Shown piece after piece: positions 1-9,950 of a stretch of DNA of 64,000 bases. The stretch covers positions 96,001 to 160,000 of IMG/VR virus record IMGVR_UViG_3300020442_000006; one strand, 5' to 3'. How positions within the stretch are numbered: position 1 is the stretch's first letter; the number at the start of each line of letters is the position of its first letter. The notes under the pieces were generated by a model. That model searched no databases. It worked only from the letters and a program-made list of their open reading frames with translations, and was not told the DNA's origin. A program made the position numbers and the translations under genes. Source of the stretch: a virus.

Positions 1-231
1 GTACAGTTGAATGCACGCTTGTACCTCATCCAAGTAATTTGTAATTCTCGGATCTTTAATCCAAGATGGCACAGACATATCCGTGGAGTTCTTAATGAGT
101 GGATCGGTTCCACCACTATATTCGCCAGGGACTTTGGCAAGATAATCACAGGTATTGTAGAAATCTACTACACCGTCAATAATTTCTTCTTTTATTTTGC
201 CACCCGCAATAAACGATTGTACTGCTGCCAT
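1..231 (-). CDS. probable 2OG-Fe(II) oxygenase, N-terminal part (runs off window start)
   Basis: Manual translation MAAVQSFIAGGKIKEEIIDGVVDFYNTCD...IKNSTD...YLDEVQACIQLY resembles N-termini of cyanophage 2OG oxygenases; catalytic motifs lie outside the window. Confidence 0.5.
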   Translation of the reverse strand, partial: MAAVQSFIAGGKIKEEIIDGVVDFYNTCDYLAKVPGEYSGGTDPLIKNSTDMSVPSWIKDPRITNYLDEVQACIQLY

Positions 232-247
232 AATGATAGATGATAAA

Positions 248-475
248 TTAGTCGTCGTAAACTAGACACTCAGGTTCAGATGGTTCTACTTCGCAGAACA
301 GTTCTAGTGCAGTAGGATCGTGATGATCTCCTGCTTCGATCTCTGCTTTGTGGTTTTTGACGTAAGTTTCCAACTCGTGAAGTTCACCCTCAATATGACG
401 ACGAGTCTGTGGACTTGTCTGTGGGTTATCGAGAATCTCTTTATCGTGTTGGATGTGTTGTTCTAGTGTTTGCAT
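248..475 (-). CDS. cp12: CP12 Calvin-cycle inhibitor protein
   Basis: C-terminal DPTALELFCEVEPSEPECLVYDD is the CP12 Cys-pair motif; typical cyanophage AMG. Confidence 0.9.
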   Translation of the reverse strand: MQTLEQHIQHDKEILDNPQTSPQTRRHIEGELHELETYVKNHKAEIEAGDHHDPTALELFCEVEPSEPECLVYDD

Positions 476-486
476 TTGAATGTCTC

Positions 487-1860
487 CTATGAGGTTACAC
501 TATCTTTAGATAGGTGTAAACGTGTGGTTAACCCAGTGGGACTATAATCGTGTATGAGTCCCGTGATAAGATACCGTCCTGAATAAATTGGATCCAATAC
601 AGTTCTATCCTCTTCGTTTTTCGAAGCAGGTATTTTACATTCAATAACCATACCGACAGTTAATGATACATTACCTGGGATGGTTATGTCAAGTGTGATA
701 GAGTTCAGCAACTGCCATCGTGAATACGAATATGCACTAGCAGCAACTGTATCTGTATCCATACTGCCTGCGGATGCGGATCCGTCCAAGGCGGTTTTTG
801 CATCCTTCATCCCTGGCAAGGCACGAATCTTCGTACGAGTTGGTTTTTTCTCATCGAAGTATTCCTCCTTAATTTTAGGGAATGGGAATGCATCGTTAAG
901 CGTTTCTGCTTCACTAAACACCTGTAACAGGGTTTGAGTCACAGGTTTTTTGATTGAACCAGATGGTCCATCAGATCCACTACCTGCTGAAGGTAGATTC
1001 CCTGAGGTAAGTGCAGGTGCTTTAACACCGATAACAGTATTTACATAAGCACCAGTCCTCATCTTTTCCAGATGGTTTCCCTGATCTGGATAGTTCATCG
1101 ATTCTATATTATAAGCGTTAAACTCAGAATCGCCAACATTTGCTTGTTCATATGTGAATTGCGGGATATTTCCCTCCACATTCATCAATTCTCCCTTGGT
1201 AAGGGTGTCTATTGTATTAAAATAGAACCCATTCTTGTTTTCAAAGAACATATACCCCGATTTTTTTGTTTCCGAAGAAACAATTTTGTCTGAGATATAC
1301 GCAATTACATCAAATGGTCTCCAAGAGGGAGATATAAAATTGAAGTTGCCTGTCGATGCCTCATACGAGTATTCTCGACCTGCAGACTTCAAATACTTTT
1401 CGACAACCTCTTTTACGTGATCTACACCAGTCTTATTTTTGAATGACTTAAAGACTCTGTTGGTTTCATTATTATATGCTTCTGGTGAAACAGTGTATAT
1501 CACATATGCTTGCATTCTCTCAGATTTGGTTACAGAACCAATCTTGAAAATACGTTGTCTGATTGACAGAGGTTGATCTGGAGCACTATCTGACTCCAAT
1601 TCGATTTGAATAAATTCATTACCAGTCAAATCAGAAATCAAGTCCATAGTATCTGCTATTGCGAGTTCCATCCTGAGAGAAGGAGACTGGAGAGATTCAA
1701 TATACTTAAATCCAGGGCAAATACCTCTAATATCGATCGGGTTACCATCCTCAGGTGCTATCTCCTCGATCGTTTCTGAAGGTTTATACTCATCACTCAT
1801 ATACAGATTGAACTGTTTGATCGTATAACCTTTCGCCTGATATGTGGATTCTTCTGCCAT
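487..1860 (-). CDS. baseplate hub protein (gp27/gpD-like)
   Basis: 457 aa in tail module; YMFFENKNGFYF, IPGNVSLTVGMVIE and YSGRYLITGLIH resemble hub-protein motifs. Confidence 0.6.
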   Translation of the reverse strand: MAEESTYQAKGYTIKQFNLYMSDEYKPSETIEEIAPEDGNPIDIRGICPGFKYIESLQSPSLRMELAIADTMDLISDLTGNEFIQIELESDSAPDQPLSIRQRIFKIGSVTKSERMQAYVIYTVSPEAYNNETNRVFKSFKNKTGVDHVKEVVEKYLKSAGREYSYEASTGNFNFISPSWRPFDVIAYISDKIVSSETKKSGYMFFENKNGFYFNTIDTLTKGELMNVEGNIPQFTYEQANVGDSEFNAYNIESMNYPDQGNHLEKMRTGAYVNTVIGVKAPALTSGNLPSAGSGSDGPSGSIKKPVTQTLLQVFSEAETLNDAFPFPKIKEEYFDEKKPTRTKIRALPGMKDAKTALDGSASAGSMDTDTVAASAYSYSRWQLLNSITLDITIPGNVSLTVGMVIECKIPASKNEEDRTVLDPIYSGRYLITGLIHDYSPTGLTTRLHLSKDSVTS

Positions 1861-3908
1861 TAGAATAGATTACTCAAAGAACTAGATGCTTCAGCAACTC
1901 GACCAAATCTACTGGTGAGGAACTCAGCAGCAGGATTGGGATGTGTTTTCTGGTTAACTACAGTACCACCGCCACCTGCATTTGTTGCAGTTTTCTCTGT
2001 GGGTAATATGATAGCATCAGCAACTATAGTCTCTACTGCAGCATTTAGGTCATCACTCTTGACCTTTGTAGCAAGACTCTTAATATTGGTAACTGTCTTC
2101 TGGATAATTTTACCAGTTCGCTCTTTTAGAGCAGGGGGCATAATATCAACAACTTTATTGACGACACCACCAATATTTTCACTAGCAGATTCAATATGAG
2201 GTTTGATGAATTTCATCGCTGCTGCTGCGTGTGGCGGTAAAGTCGCATTTGCTGCTACAGATGAAATTTTATCTAAAAATCCACCAAATGAGTATCCTTT
2301 ATATTGACCATAATTTGTAGGGGGCAATGCAGGGGGTGATGTGAGAGATGATTTTGAACCACCGAAGTTAAATGGAACTACACCACCTTTTGAGAATTTT
2401 GGTACTTTATATCCTGCAGCAGACGCCTGTCTAATTCTTTGACTTGTAAGATTGGGATTTTTTCGCGTATGGGGGGTATCAAACGGTACCACAAATCCCC
2501 CAGAGGATCTTTGTGCCACATATTCAGTTCCGTGTCCGATAAAGGAAACCGACTTACCACCATCGAGTGATACTGGGTAACCTGATTGTGGTCCAGAGAT
2601 CCACCCACCTTTGGACTTCTCTGGTAGCACTGCGGTCTGTGGTCGAATCAGACCACCTTTTGACATCTCATCTGGATTGCCTGTATTGTCCCCTGTAGTG
2701 TCCGCTGCGTCCATCCTGTCTTGGACCCCAGGAATCATTTTGAGGAATCCAGTCAATCCTTCCAACATTTTGATCAATGGGAAGAATACGACCGTACCCA
2801 TCGTCTCAGCAAATGACATCAATCTAGGTAGATGTGGTTTTATCGCATCTACGATCATCTGCAATGGTGGACCCATTGCCTTGAAAAGTTCGTCTATCGC
2901 ATCTCTAAGTGGTTTGAACAATTTGTCCAAAAACTCCATCATAGTATCGAACATTTCCTTCATTGTATTGAAGAAATTGCCCACCATAGGTCCGAGGAAC
3001 TTACCTGCCTCTTTTCCTAGTAATCCACCAACAGCGTTACCAATCAATCCACCGATAGGACCTGCAATCTTGTTACCGATCATACCAAGTGCTATACCGC
3101 CACCTGCAGCACCTACACCTGCACCTCTCGCTGCTGCTACTCGATCTTCTTCAGCACCATCGTAGTTCTGCATCACATCTTGGTATGCCATATAACCTTG
3201 GGCACCCGCCATCGCCATCTGACCAAGGGCATTCCCGCCAAGGAATTTACCCAAATTCATAATACCTTTACCAACAGTGGTGATGATACCACTAAATGCT
3301 TTGATGGTTCCGATAGGATTCTTCAGGAACGCTATACCTGCTAATACAGCAATTCCTGCACCAAGCATTTTTGCTGCCGCTTTGAATCTAGTCCATCCAT
3401 CGCTATCTTCACCAAATAACTCACCAAATTTCTGTTTCCACCAATTTATCGTGTCTCCAATCCACTTGAAGAACCCACTTATCATCTCAAACCCTTTTAT
3501 TATCTTCTCTCGGTTCTCTTTCTTAGATAAGAAGTTCAGTGCACCAAAGATCAACAGATTCTTGAGGAATTTCCACAAGTAATCCATAAAACCCATAGCA
3601 GAACCAGTGGTGTTTCTGATTGCGCTATCTGCACTTACTTCTTCTGCCTCTATCGCTGCTTCTCTTTGTCTATCTGCTTGGAGGGCAGCAGCACGTCTCT
3701 GGTCCTCCATTATTCGTGCTTGTGCCTGCTGATTCTTCTTTAGAGCAATACCAATGCTGTTTACAGTTGCTCCTAGGGAATTAATTGCTTTAACTGTTGG
3801 GACGAAACCTGTGGTGGTAAATGTTTTTTTACCCACAGTCATCTGTGCACCATCCGCCTCTTTGGGTGGTGTTACATACTTATATAACCTGATACGATTT
3901 TCTGACAT
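1860..3908 (-). CDS. tape-measure/baseplate hub-like tail protein (gp29-like), paralog 2
   Basis: 682 aa, helical amphipathic and Gly-zipper segments, GGWISGPQSGYPVSL...FIGHGTE motif, downstream of gp26/gp51. Confidence 0.55.
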   Translation of the reverse strand: MSENRIRLYKYVTPPKEADGAQMTVGKKTFTTTGFVPTVKAINSLGATVNSIGIALKKNQQAQARIMEDQRRAAALQADRQREAAIEAEEVSADSAIRNTTGSAMGFMDYLWKFLKNLLIFGALNFLSKKENREKIIKGFEMISGFFKWIGDTINWWKQKFGELFGEDSDGWTRFKAAAKMLGAGIAVLAGIAFLKNPIGTIKAFSGIITTVGKGIMNLGKFLGGNALGQMAMAGAQGYMAYQDVMQNYDGAEEDRVAAARGAGVGAAGGGIALGMIGNKIAGPIGGLIGNAVGGLLGKEAGKFLGPMVGNFFNTMKEMFDTMMEFLDKLFKPLRDAIDELFKAMGPPLQMIVDAIKPHLPRLMSFAETMGTVVFFPLIKMLEGLTGFLKMIPGVQDRMDAADTTGDNTGNPDEMSKGGLIRPQTAVLPEKSKGGWISGPQSGYPVSLDGGKSVSFIGHGTEYVAQRSSGGFVVPFDTPHTRKNPNLTSQRIRQASAAGYKVPKFSKGGVVPFNFGGSKSSLTSPPALPPTNYGQYKGYSFGGFLDKISSVAANATLPPHAAAAMKFIKPHIESASENIGGVVNKVVDIMPPALKERTGKIIQKTVTNIKSLATKVKSDDLNAAVETIVADAIILPTEKTATNAGGGGTVVNQKTHPNPAAEFLTSRFGRVAEASSSLSNLF

Positions 3909-6322
3909 TAGAACCCACCTGATGTGAATGATCCGAGATCAGTGTGAATGACCTGAGTATTGTCAACGCCAACAGTTTCTTTCACTGTCTTGATGATTGG
4001 TTGCATAACGACCACCTGTGAAGAATCACCTGAAGTAAGTTCAGTGTCTTGTCTTTGAGATGATGATGTTAATTCACTAGTCTTCGTACTATTTAGATCT
4101 GTACTAGTAATACTCCTGTTATCAGGAGTGCTTGGTGGTCCACTGCTCAACTTTTTGGCACCTTTAGCGATAGCAACTCTTATAGTTTTTGGCATCACCT
4201 TTTTATATTTTTTCACAAAATCCTTATCTTTTTTATTACCTGCAACACCACCAAGAGTCACACCAACACAACCTGCAGTACCATTGTCATTAATATCATT
4301 ATGAAGTTGAATTGCAGATCTTTTACCAATCGTACCACTCATATTGTTAATAAAGGTAGACCAAATTCCAATACCTTTTACATTTCCGTGTTCTGCAAAT
4401 CCAACAAGAGGATAAGTACCATCTGGTAAAGGATAATAAGCACCAGATACGTTTCTTCTTTGTTTCTGTGATGTACCTGCTGTATTATATGTACCACTGA
4501 TTGCTTCCCACTGACCAACCTTCTTATTCTTACCATCAAACAGACGTAACACACCAGTAGCACCATCACCGTGTCCTTGGAAATCTAAACGTCCTCCTGG
4601 TGGCACAGGACCGTCATCTGGACCCTTACCTTTATTAGCAATAGATGGATCGGAAACCATATCAGTTTGAGGTTGTGCCATCTCAATCTCTTGTAATGCT
4701 ATTGCTGCTTCTCTTGCTTTCTTTTTAGCGTGGGGTATTAAAACCTCTTCCCAGTGCTTCGCTTTTTCATCGTTAGTTGAACCAAGTGGGTTACCGTGAC
4801 CATTTCCGATGTGCATACCTGGTGCACCATTGGATGTCCTGATGACACCATCAACACCAAACCAGATTGATCTGCTTCCACCCTTACCCTTTGCTTGACG
4901 CTTCTTAATCTTCTCTAACTGCTTAGTCAGATTTCGAACATCATAATCCTCATTCTCTGCCTGAGCGATTGCTTTCTGAGCATCTGAACCAAATGCTCTC
5001 GCGAAATTATTCGCTGTTCCTTGTGCAAGTTTGACACCATTCTTAATGAACCACGCTGCTTTCTCAATGATCCAGACAATACCATCTAACGCTCCTTGAG
5101 CAAGAGGACCTGCAATGAAATCCATAATGGCACTGAACGCCTTGGTTGCAATAGGTGCAACCGCATCAATAATGATTCCAAATAATGCTTTCAGTGGTTC
5201 AAACAAATCTTTCAGTGGTTCTACCAGTGGCATTAGATATGCTTTCCATATTGGTAGAGCAATATTCTTAAAGAAATCACCCATAGGTTTCAGAATGGGT
5301 TCCATTGACTCTCCAAGGAACGCTCCAATCTTATCTCCAATAAATCCACCCAAGACACCACCAACAAGAGGTGCAAATGGTCCTAAGACAGGCACCAACA
5401 ATGCAGTTACCGCAGTAGTACCAACAGCAGCACCGATACCTCCACCTGCTGCAACGTTCAACTTGTCACCTGCAGCGAGTCTAGATCCAAATGCAAACAC
5501 ACCTGACAGTGCACCTGCACCGACAGGAGATTTGAAGAACTTACCCATCTTACCTAGCAACTTGCCGCCACCACCAGGTTTCATCCCAGGTTTTCCTTTT
5601 AATCCTGGTCTTGTGCCAGTATTTTGCATCTGGCGCTGTTGGATGCGCTGCTTCTGTAACTGACCTGCCTTTCTATTTCCTTTGAATAGTTTAGATAGTT
5701 TACTTATATCTCCTGCAATTTTCCACGGTCTTAATATTCTACCTGCTACAAAAATACCTGCGAGACCACCTATAACTTTCAGTGCTCTCATTACAGGTCC
5801 GTCGTTACCATCTGGATCAAACAGACCATCGTAGATCATAGAGAAACCCCACGATCCAACTTTCCATACAGTTCCCAACCACTTACCGATCCACGAGAAA
5901 CCAGTCTTGATCATCTCTTTGTTCTCTGGTTTGGATAAGAAATCCAATGCAAAGAACGTTGCAATAGTACCTGCAAATTGAATTAGAGGTTGGATTAGTG
6001 GTGATAGCAGTCCAAAGATACCACTGCCACCCTTCTTATATCCTCTTGCTTCTGACTCCTTGTCAATATTTTCTGCTGTCTTCTTCTCAATCTTTTTCTC
6101 TCTCGCCCTGTCTTGTGCTAAAGACCTTCTTCCTTGCACCTGATACGCTGCATCTAGTCTCGCTTGATGTGAACTGGTTAGAATTTTACCTACATCAGTT
6201 ACAGTTGCTCCAAGTCTGTTGACCGCCAAGGTCATTGACATAGCAGGATCTCTCTTGTCCATACCTGAGGTAGTGACAGGAAGAAAGTTTCTTATTTGTA
6301 ACTTGGGTGCTGATTTTGCCAT
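3908..6322 (-). CDS. tape-measure/baseplate hub-like tail protein (gp29-like) with C-terminal LD-transpeptidase-like (Tlde1/DUF2778-like) domain
   Basis: 804 aa; shares N-terminal NxLGATV with the neighbour; C-terminal LPDGTY...IQLHNDINDNGTAGCV. Confidence 0.55.
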   Translation of the reverse strand: MAKSAPKLQIRNFLPVTTSGMDKRDPAMSMTLAVNRLGATVTDVGKILTSSHQARLDAAYQVQGRRSLAQDRAREKKIEKKTAENIDKESEARGYKKGGSGIFGLLSPLIQPLIQFAGTIATFFALDFLSKPENKEMIKTGFSWIGKWLGTVWKVGSWGFSMIYDGLFDPDGNDGPVMRALKVIGGLAGIFVAGRILRPWKIAGDISKLSKLFKGNRKAGQLQKQRIQQRQMQNTGTRPGLKGKPGMKPGGGGKLLGKMGKFFKSPVGAGALSGVFAFGSRLAAGDKLNVAAGGGIGAAVGTTAVTALLVPVLGPFAPLVGGVLGGFIGDKIGAFLGESMEPILKPMGDFFKNIALPIWKAYLMPLVEPLKDLFEPLKALFGIIIDAVAPIATKAFSAIMDFIAGPLAQGALDGIVWIIEKAAWFIKNGVKLAQGTANNFARAFGSDAQKAIAQAENEDYDVRNLTKQLEKIKKRQAKGKGGSRSIWFGVDGVIRTSNGAPGMHIGNGHGNPLGSTNDEKAKHWEEVLIPHAKKKAREAAIALQEIEMAQPQTDMVSDPSIANKGKGPDDGPVPPGGRLDFQGHGDGATGVLRLFDGKNKKVGQWEAISGTYNTAGTSQKQRRNVSGAYYPLPDGTYPLVGFAEHGNVKGIGIWSTFINNMSGTIGKRSAIQLHNDINDNGTAGCVGVTLGGVAGNKKDKDFVKKYKKVMPKTIRVAIAKGAKKLSSGPPSTPDNRSITSTDLNSTKTSELTSSSQRQDTELTSGDSSQVVVMQPIIKTVKETVGVDNTQVIHTDLGSFTSGGF

Positions 6323-6495
6323 TAAAGTGATTGATGTTGACCCGACTGTTGTCGTTGCCTTGCTTCTTCTTCACGTAGATAACGCATCAGAAGATTCACA
6401 TAAACATCACGTTCCCAGGGCATCATATTTTCTAACTCAGTGAGACTATACTTATGGTGTTGCATCAAAGCAAAGTTAGTCTCAAACATATTCAT
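6322..6495 (-). CDS. gp51: baseplate hub assembly protein gp51 (57 aa; possibly also made as a frameshift fusion to gp26)
   Basis: Not in the ORF track; manual translation MNMFETNFALMQHHKYSLTELENMMPWERDVYVNLL matches the gp51 motif. Confidence 0.85.
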   Translation of the reverse strand: MNMFETNFALMQHHKYSLTELENMMPWERDVYVNLLMRYLREEEARQRQQSGQHQSL

Positions 6496-6515
6496 CAAGG
6501 AGTCGTGCGCTAGGG

Positions 6516-7220
6516 CTACGCGAAAAAACTTGCTAGTCCTTCAAGCACGATGGGTGATGTAACTTCAGTTTTAGGATTGAAAACCTCAATAGTATGAGTA
6601 AGTTTAGGCATAGTTTCAAAGAACTTCTGAACCTTAGCGAACTGTACTGAATCCATACTCTCGTAGAATTCTACAAGTTCCTTGGTTGTATGATCCTTTC
6701 CTTCATATACTTCCTCGCCTTCAGCAATATTATCAGTACAAGAGGCAGCGAGTTTGAATAGATCATCTACACCTGGATCATCAACGAGATTATTTTTCAC
6801 GAACACATCCAGTGAAGGATACTTCATAGTAATAGTAATATCATCGTTGAGTACAAGTTTGTTGGTATGTTCCTTAGGAATTTGTACCTTAACTTCATCC
6901 AGATTGACTTGAATGTCAACCTTAGTGGTCTCATCGTCAGGACAAGTGATTTTGAATTCACTCACCTCACCTACAGATTTACCACGGATCTTAAGGAAAA
7001 GATATTCAATATCAAAAGTGGCAAGTTCATTAACGTTCTTAATGTTAGTGCACGCTTTGATAATATCTTTAACCGCTTTGATCATCTCCTTGTTATCCTG
7101 TGTCTCCATAGCAAGGTAAAGAAGTTTCTCTTCTCTTACTAGGAAAGGTCTGTAGGTAACCTTTTGTCCACGAGGAAGCACGCATTCATAATCTGGAATG
7201 CTCAGTTTAGGTAAAGGCAT
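6516..7220 (-). CDS. gp26: baseplate hub subunit gp26
   Basis: MPLPKL...YRPFLVREEK, FDIEYLFLKIRGKSVGE, C-terminal LEGLASFF. Confidence 0.92.
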   Translation of the reverse strand: MPLPKLSIPDYECVLPRGQKVTYRPFLVREEKLLYLAMETQDNKEMIKAVKDIIKACTNIKNVNELATFDIEYLFLKIRGKSVGEVSEFKITCPDDETTKVDIQVNLDEVKVQIPKEHTNKLVLNDDITITMKYPSLDVFVKNNLVDDPGVDDLFKLAASCTDNIAEGEEVYEGKDHTTKELVEFYESMDSVQFAKVQKFFETMPKLTHTIEVFNPKTEVTSPIVLEGLASFFA

Positions 7221-7249
7221 TGTGTAAAATTACAATTCAGTAAAACTAT

Positions 7250-7972
7250 TTAGACCCCGACGTAGGTCCTAAAGTCACTACTGTCGAGCACATTATCTAT
7301 ATTGTTTATAACCTTTTCGGTAGTCCATCCGTTGACTCTGTTCTCTTTCGTAGTAAATCTATAACGCTCGAACTTAAACTGTACATCCAATCTCATAACA
7401 TCTGCAGCAGCGTTTCCAAAGTTCATTGTACCTAGGTTGAATGGATATGCACCCGTGAATCTCCAGATACCCGTCGCTTTATTCAGACGTGTCTCGTACT
7501 TTATATTCTTCCTAGTTGTCTCTACCTTAAAATTAGATCCTCTCTCCCACTTTCTAACGATGATGTCACAGATGTAATCATCATAGAAACAGACTCTGTT
7601 CTCACCATCAGGTGCGATAGCATTCATCCAAGTCTCAAAGAAATTTCTATGCCACTGGTTCTTAGTCACCAGGAATGACATACCTAGTTCATTAGGTGTC
7701 TGTCCTGTAGCATATGATCTTTGAAGACCAAAGTTTTGTGTGTCACCTGTAGTAATATTTCTAGAAGGAATTGTAACTGAGTCAGCAAAATAATTTACAG
7801 CATCATAATACTCTGCACTAGGTTTGAATTCATTAGGTTGCAAAGCACCTGCACCAAGAACTCTCGGGAAACCAATGTCTACAGAGTACAGGTTGCCACG
7901 AACGGGTTCCCAAGCACCTTTAGCAACAAGGGATTGGAACTGTGTGAATGAATTGGGTGCTGAATATGCCAT
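7250..7972 (-). CDS. tail tube-like / tube initiator protein (gp19/gp54-like)
   Basis: RGNLYSV, DSVTIPSRNITT, GAYPFNLG, VQFKFER tube-fold motifs. Confidence 0.7.
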   Translation of the reverse strand: MAYSAPNSFTQFQSLVAKGAWEPVRGNLYSVDIGFPRVLGAGALQPNEFKPSAEYYDAVNYFADSVTIPSRNITTGDTQNFGLQRSYATGQTPNELGMSFLVTKNQWHRNFFETWMNAIAPDGENRVCFYDDYICDIIVRKWERGSNFKVETTRKNIKYETRLNKATGIWRFTGAYPFNLGTMNFGNAAADVMRLDVQFKFERYRFTTKENRVNGWTTEKVINNIDNVLDSSDFRTYVGV

Positions 7973-8427
7973 TAAAGTTTCTTCAATACTGCCGACGTTG
8001 GTACGGGTATGTTTCTTCCGTTAATCGTGGTGACGAATTCTTCGGAGGGAATCAAACCAATATCTGCCCACTCAGAGTTTTCAATGTTGTAATAGGGAGA
8101 TAAAACATTACTTCTCAAGTATTTATGCAGAGTAACGGGAGGTGGTGACGGGGAGAACCCTGACACCCGTGCTTGAGGTGGTAGATAGTGCACGTTGGCA
8201 CCCCAAAAGTGTTCTGCTGACTCACCTATCACGTACACCATAGGACACTTGTCCCAGAACTGATACTTCTCTGCATACTCTGCTGTGTACTTGAATGTAC
8301 ACACCCCACCGACAGCAGGACTATCCAGACCACGACCTGCAAGGTAGAAGAACAACTGACTCCTCCACCACGATGGTGCCATAGATTTATAGTTTGCTAG
8401 GTCTCTTAGATCTTGATAGACAGTCAT
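7972..8427 (-). CDS. gp2: DNA end protector protein gp2
   Basis: WDKCPMVY...FWGANVHYLP motif, next to gp4. Confidence 0.8.
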   Translation of the reverse strand: MTVYQDLRDLANYKSMAPSWWRSQLFFYLAGRGLDSPAVGGVCTFKYTAEYAEKYQFWDKCPMVYVIGESAEHFWGANVHYLPPQARVSGFSPSPPPVTLHKYLRSNVLSPYYNIENSEWADIGLIPSEEFVTTINGRNIPVPTSAVLKKL

Positions 8428-8861
8428 ACTTTGAGTTCTTTTTCGGTGAGGATCATAAATTTCATCTTACGATCTGCACAATACTCACGTGCTGCTTTCC
8501 ACTTCGCTTGATTGACTCCGTAAGTGGCGATCTCATTCAATAATCTCTTCGTCCTCCTACCTTTCTTAGGTGGGAGAGTTTGTGCTTTAGGTTTTACCTC
8601 CACTATATATTTAGTAGTACCAGAGGAAGTTTTTCCTTTGATGTAGAAGTCTGGGAAATATCTGTGAACTCTACCGTCAACAGGTGATATGTAAGGGATA
8701 ATAATCTCCTCACTACCCCACTCTAGAACGTTCTCATTCTTATCACACCACACCATTAATTTTCTTTCCCATAAACTCCTATAAATAATGTTTGTGGGAT
8801 CCCCTTTGTATTTTCCTGGGTAACTAGGTCTGAACCGTCCTGAATAACTACGCTGTGTCAT
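8424..8861 (-). CDS. gp4: head completion nuclease gp4
   Basis: YRSLWERKLM, WGSEEIIIPY, RYFPDF, VEVKP. Confidence 0.95.
   Translation of the reverse strand: MTQRSYSGRFRPSYPGKYKGDPTNIIYRSLWERKLMVWCDKNENVLEWGSEEIIIPYISPVDGRVHRYFPDFYIKGKTSSGTTKYIVEVKPKAQTLPPKKGRRTKRLLNEIATYGVNQAKWKAAREYCADRKMKFMILTEKELKV
8780..8787 (+). promoter_or_regulatory. T4-type late promoter TATAAATA for gp48-gp53, lying inside gp4
   Basis: Exact TATAAATA 75 nt upstream of the gp48 ATG; gp4 and gp48 start codons abut with no intergenic space. Confidence 0.7.
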
Positions 8862-9950
8862 ATGACTGCTCCATTAGTCTACCCAAGAACCCTTCCAACA
8901 GACATCCTCTCTAGTAGAAGAGAGATTGATGCTGAGGATACATATCGGACAGAACTTGTTGATTATTTGAAGATTCAAGTTTTTGATTCGGAGATTGCTA
9001 ACCCTTATACTTATGCAGGAAGCGGTGGACAAGATATAAAATCATTGAATGCTCAGAGATCTACTGCAGGATTAGTGGGTAATGTGTTCTTATATTTACC
9101 CAATGGATTGCAGGAAAGTTATCAAGCAATGTATAACGAGACAACACTGGGTGCAGTTGGTGTTGGTGCGATTGGTGCAATAGGAGATCTAACTAATAAA
9201 GAAAATCTTGTAGAACAATTACAAAGTACAGCGGGTGCATTGAAACCAGAGTTCTTGATGAACTCAGTGTCATCTGCTCTCGGTACAGTTAACTCTACTC
9301 TAGGTGCAAGTGGTAACATCGATGGTGATGCTCTGTCTGCTCTTACAACTAAGAAAGTTTTCAACCCATACCAAGAAGTAACATTCAAAGGTGTGGCATA
9401 TAGAAACCATACATTTAACTTTAAGATTGCACCACGTAATGCATCTGAAGCAGAGGAAGCACTAAGAATATTCAAACTACTAAGAATTACTATGCACCCT
9501 GCTATGTCAGGTGGTAACGATGAAGCAGTTAATAAGATGTTTGGTCTAGATAATAAGAATGAGAAGACTGAAAAAGAGTCAGGTGATGATAAAACCAAAG
9601 AGAATGTAGCAAACTTTGTAGCAGTTAAAGATGGTGAGACTGCTAACAACGCTAGGTTCCTAAACATTCCTCATCATTATCGTCTGTCTGTCGTTCGTGT
9701 GAAAGCACAAGAGACTGAGACGGGTGATGATCTTACGATCACTGGTAAAGGTGGGTTCCTGAAACAGATTCATAACTTCCCATCGAAAGTTGTGCTTGAG
9801 AATCTTTCTTTGAGTTCTTCACCTGATAACTTTATGAATACGCTGAGAGACATTGCTAACAACACTTGGGACTATGGTCCTGTTGCATACACTTTGACGA
9901 TGACCTTCAAAGAAACTCAGTTCCTTACAAACGATATGTTCCCTGCATAA
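8862..9950 (+). CDS. gp48: baseplate tail tube cap gp48
   Basis: LYLPNGLQESY, FNPYQEVTFKGVAYRNHTFNFKIAPRN, LTMTFKE. Confidence 0.88.
   Translation: MTAPLVYPRTLPTDILSSRREIDAEDTYRTELVDYLKIQVFDSEIANPYTYAGSGGQDIKSLNAQRSTAGLVGNVFLYLPNGLQESYQAMYNETTLGAVGVGAIGAIGDLTNKENLVEQLQSTAGALKPEFLMNSVSSALGTVNSTLGASGNIDGDALSALTTKKVFNPYQEVTFKGVAYRNHTFNFKIAPRNASEAEEALRIFKLLRITMHPAMSGGNDEAVNKMFGLDNKNEKTEKESGDDKTKENVANFVAVKDGETANNARFLNIPHHYRLSVVRVKAQETETGDDLTITGKGGFLKQIHNFPSKVVLENLSLSSSPDNFMNTLRDIANNTWDYGPVAYTLTMTFKETQFLTNDMFPA

Noticed and set aside
1915-5663. Long + strand ORFs (2611-3165, 5115-5663 and others) opposite the tail genes
   Set aside because: Antisense shadows of Gly/Ala-rich coding sequence
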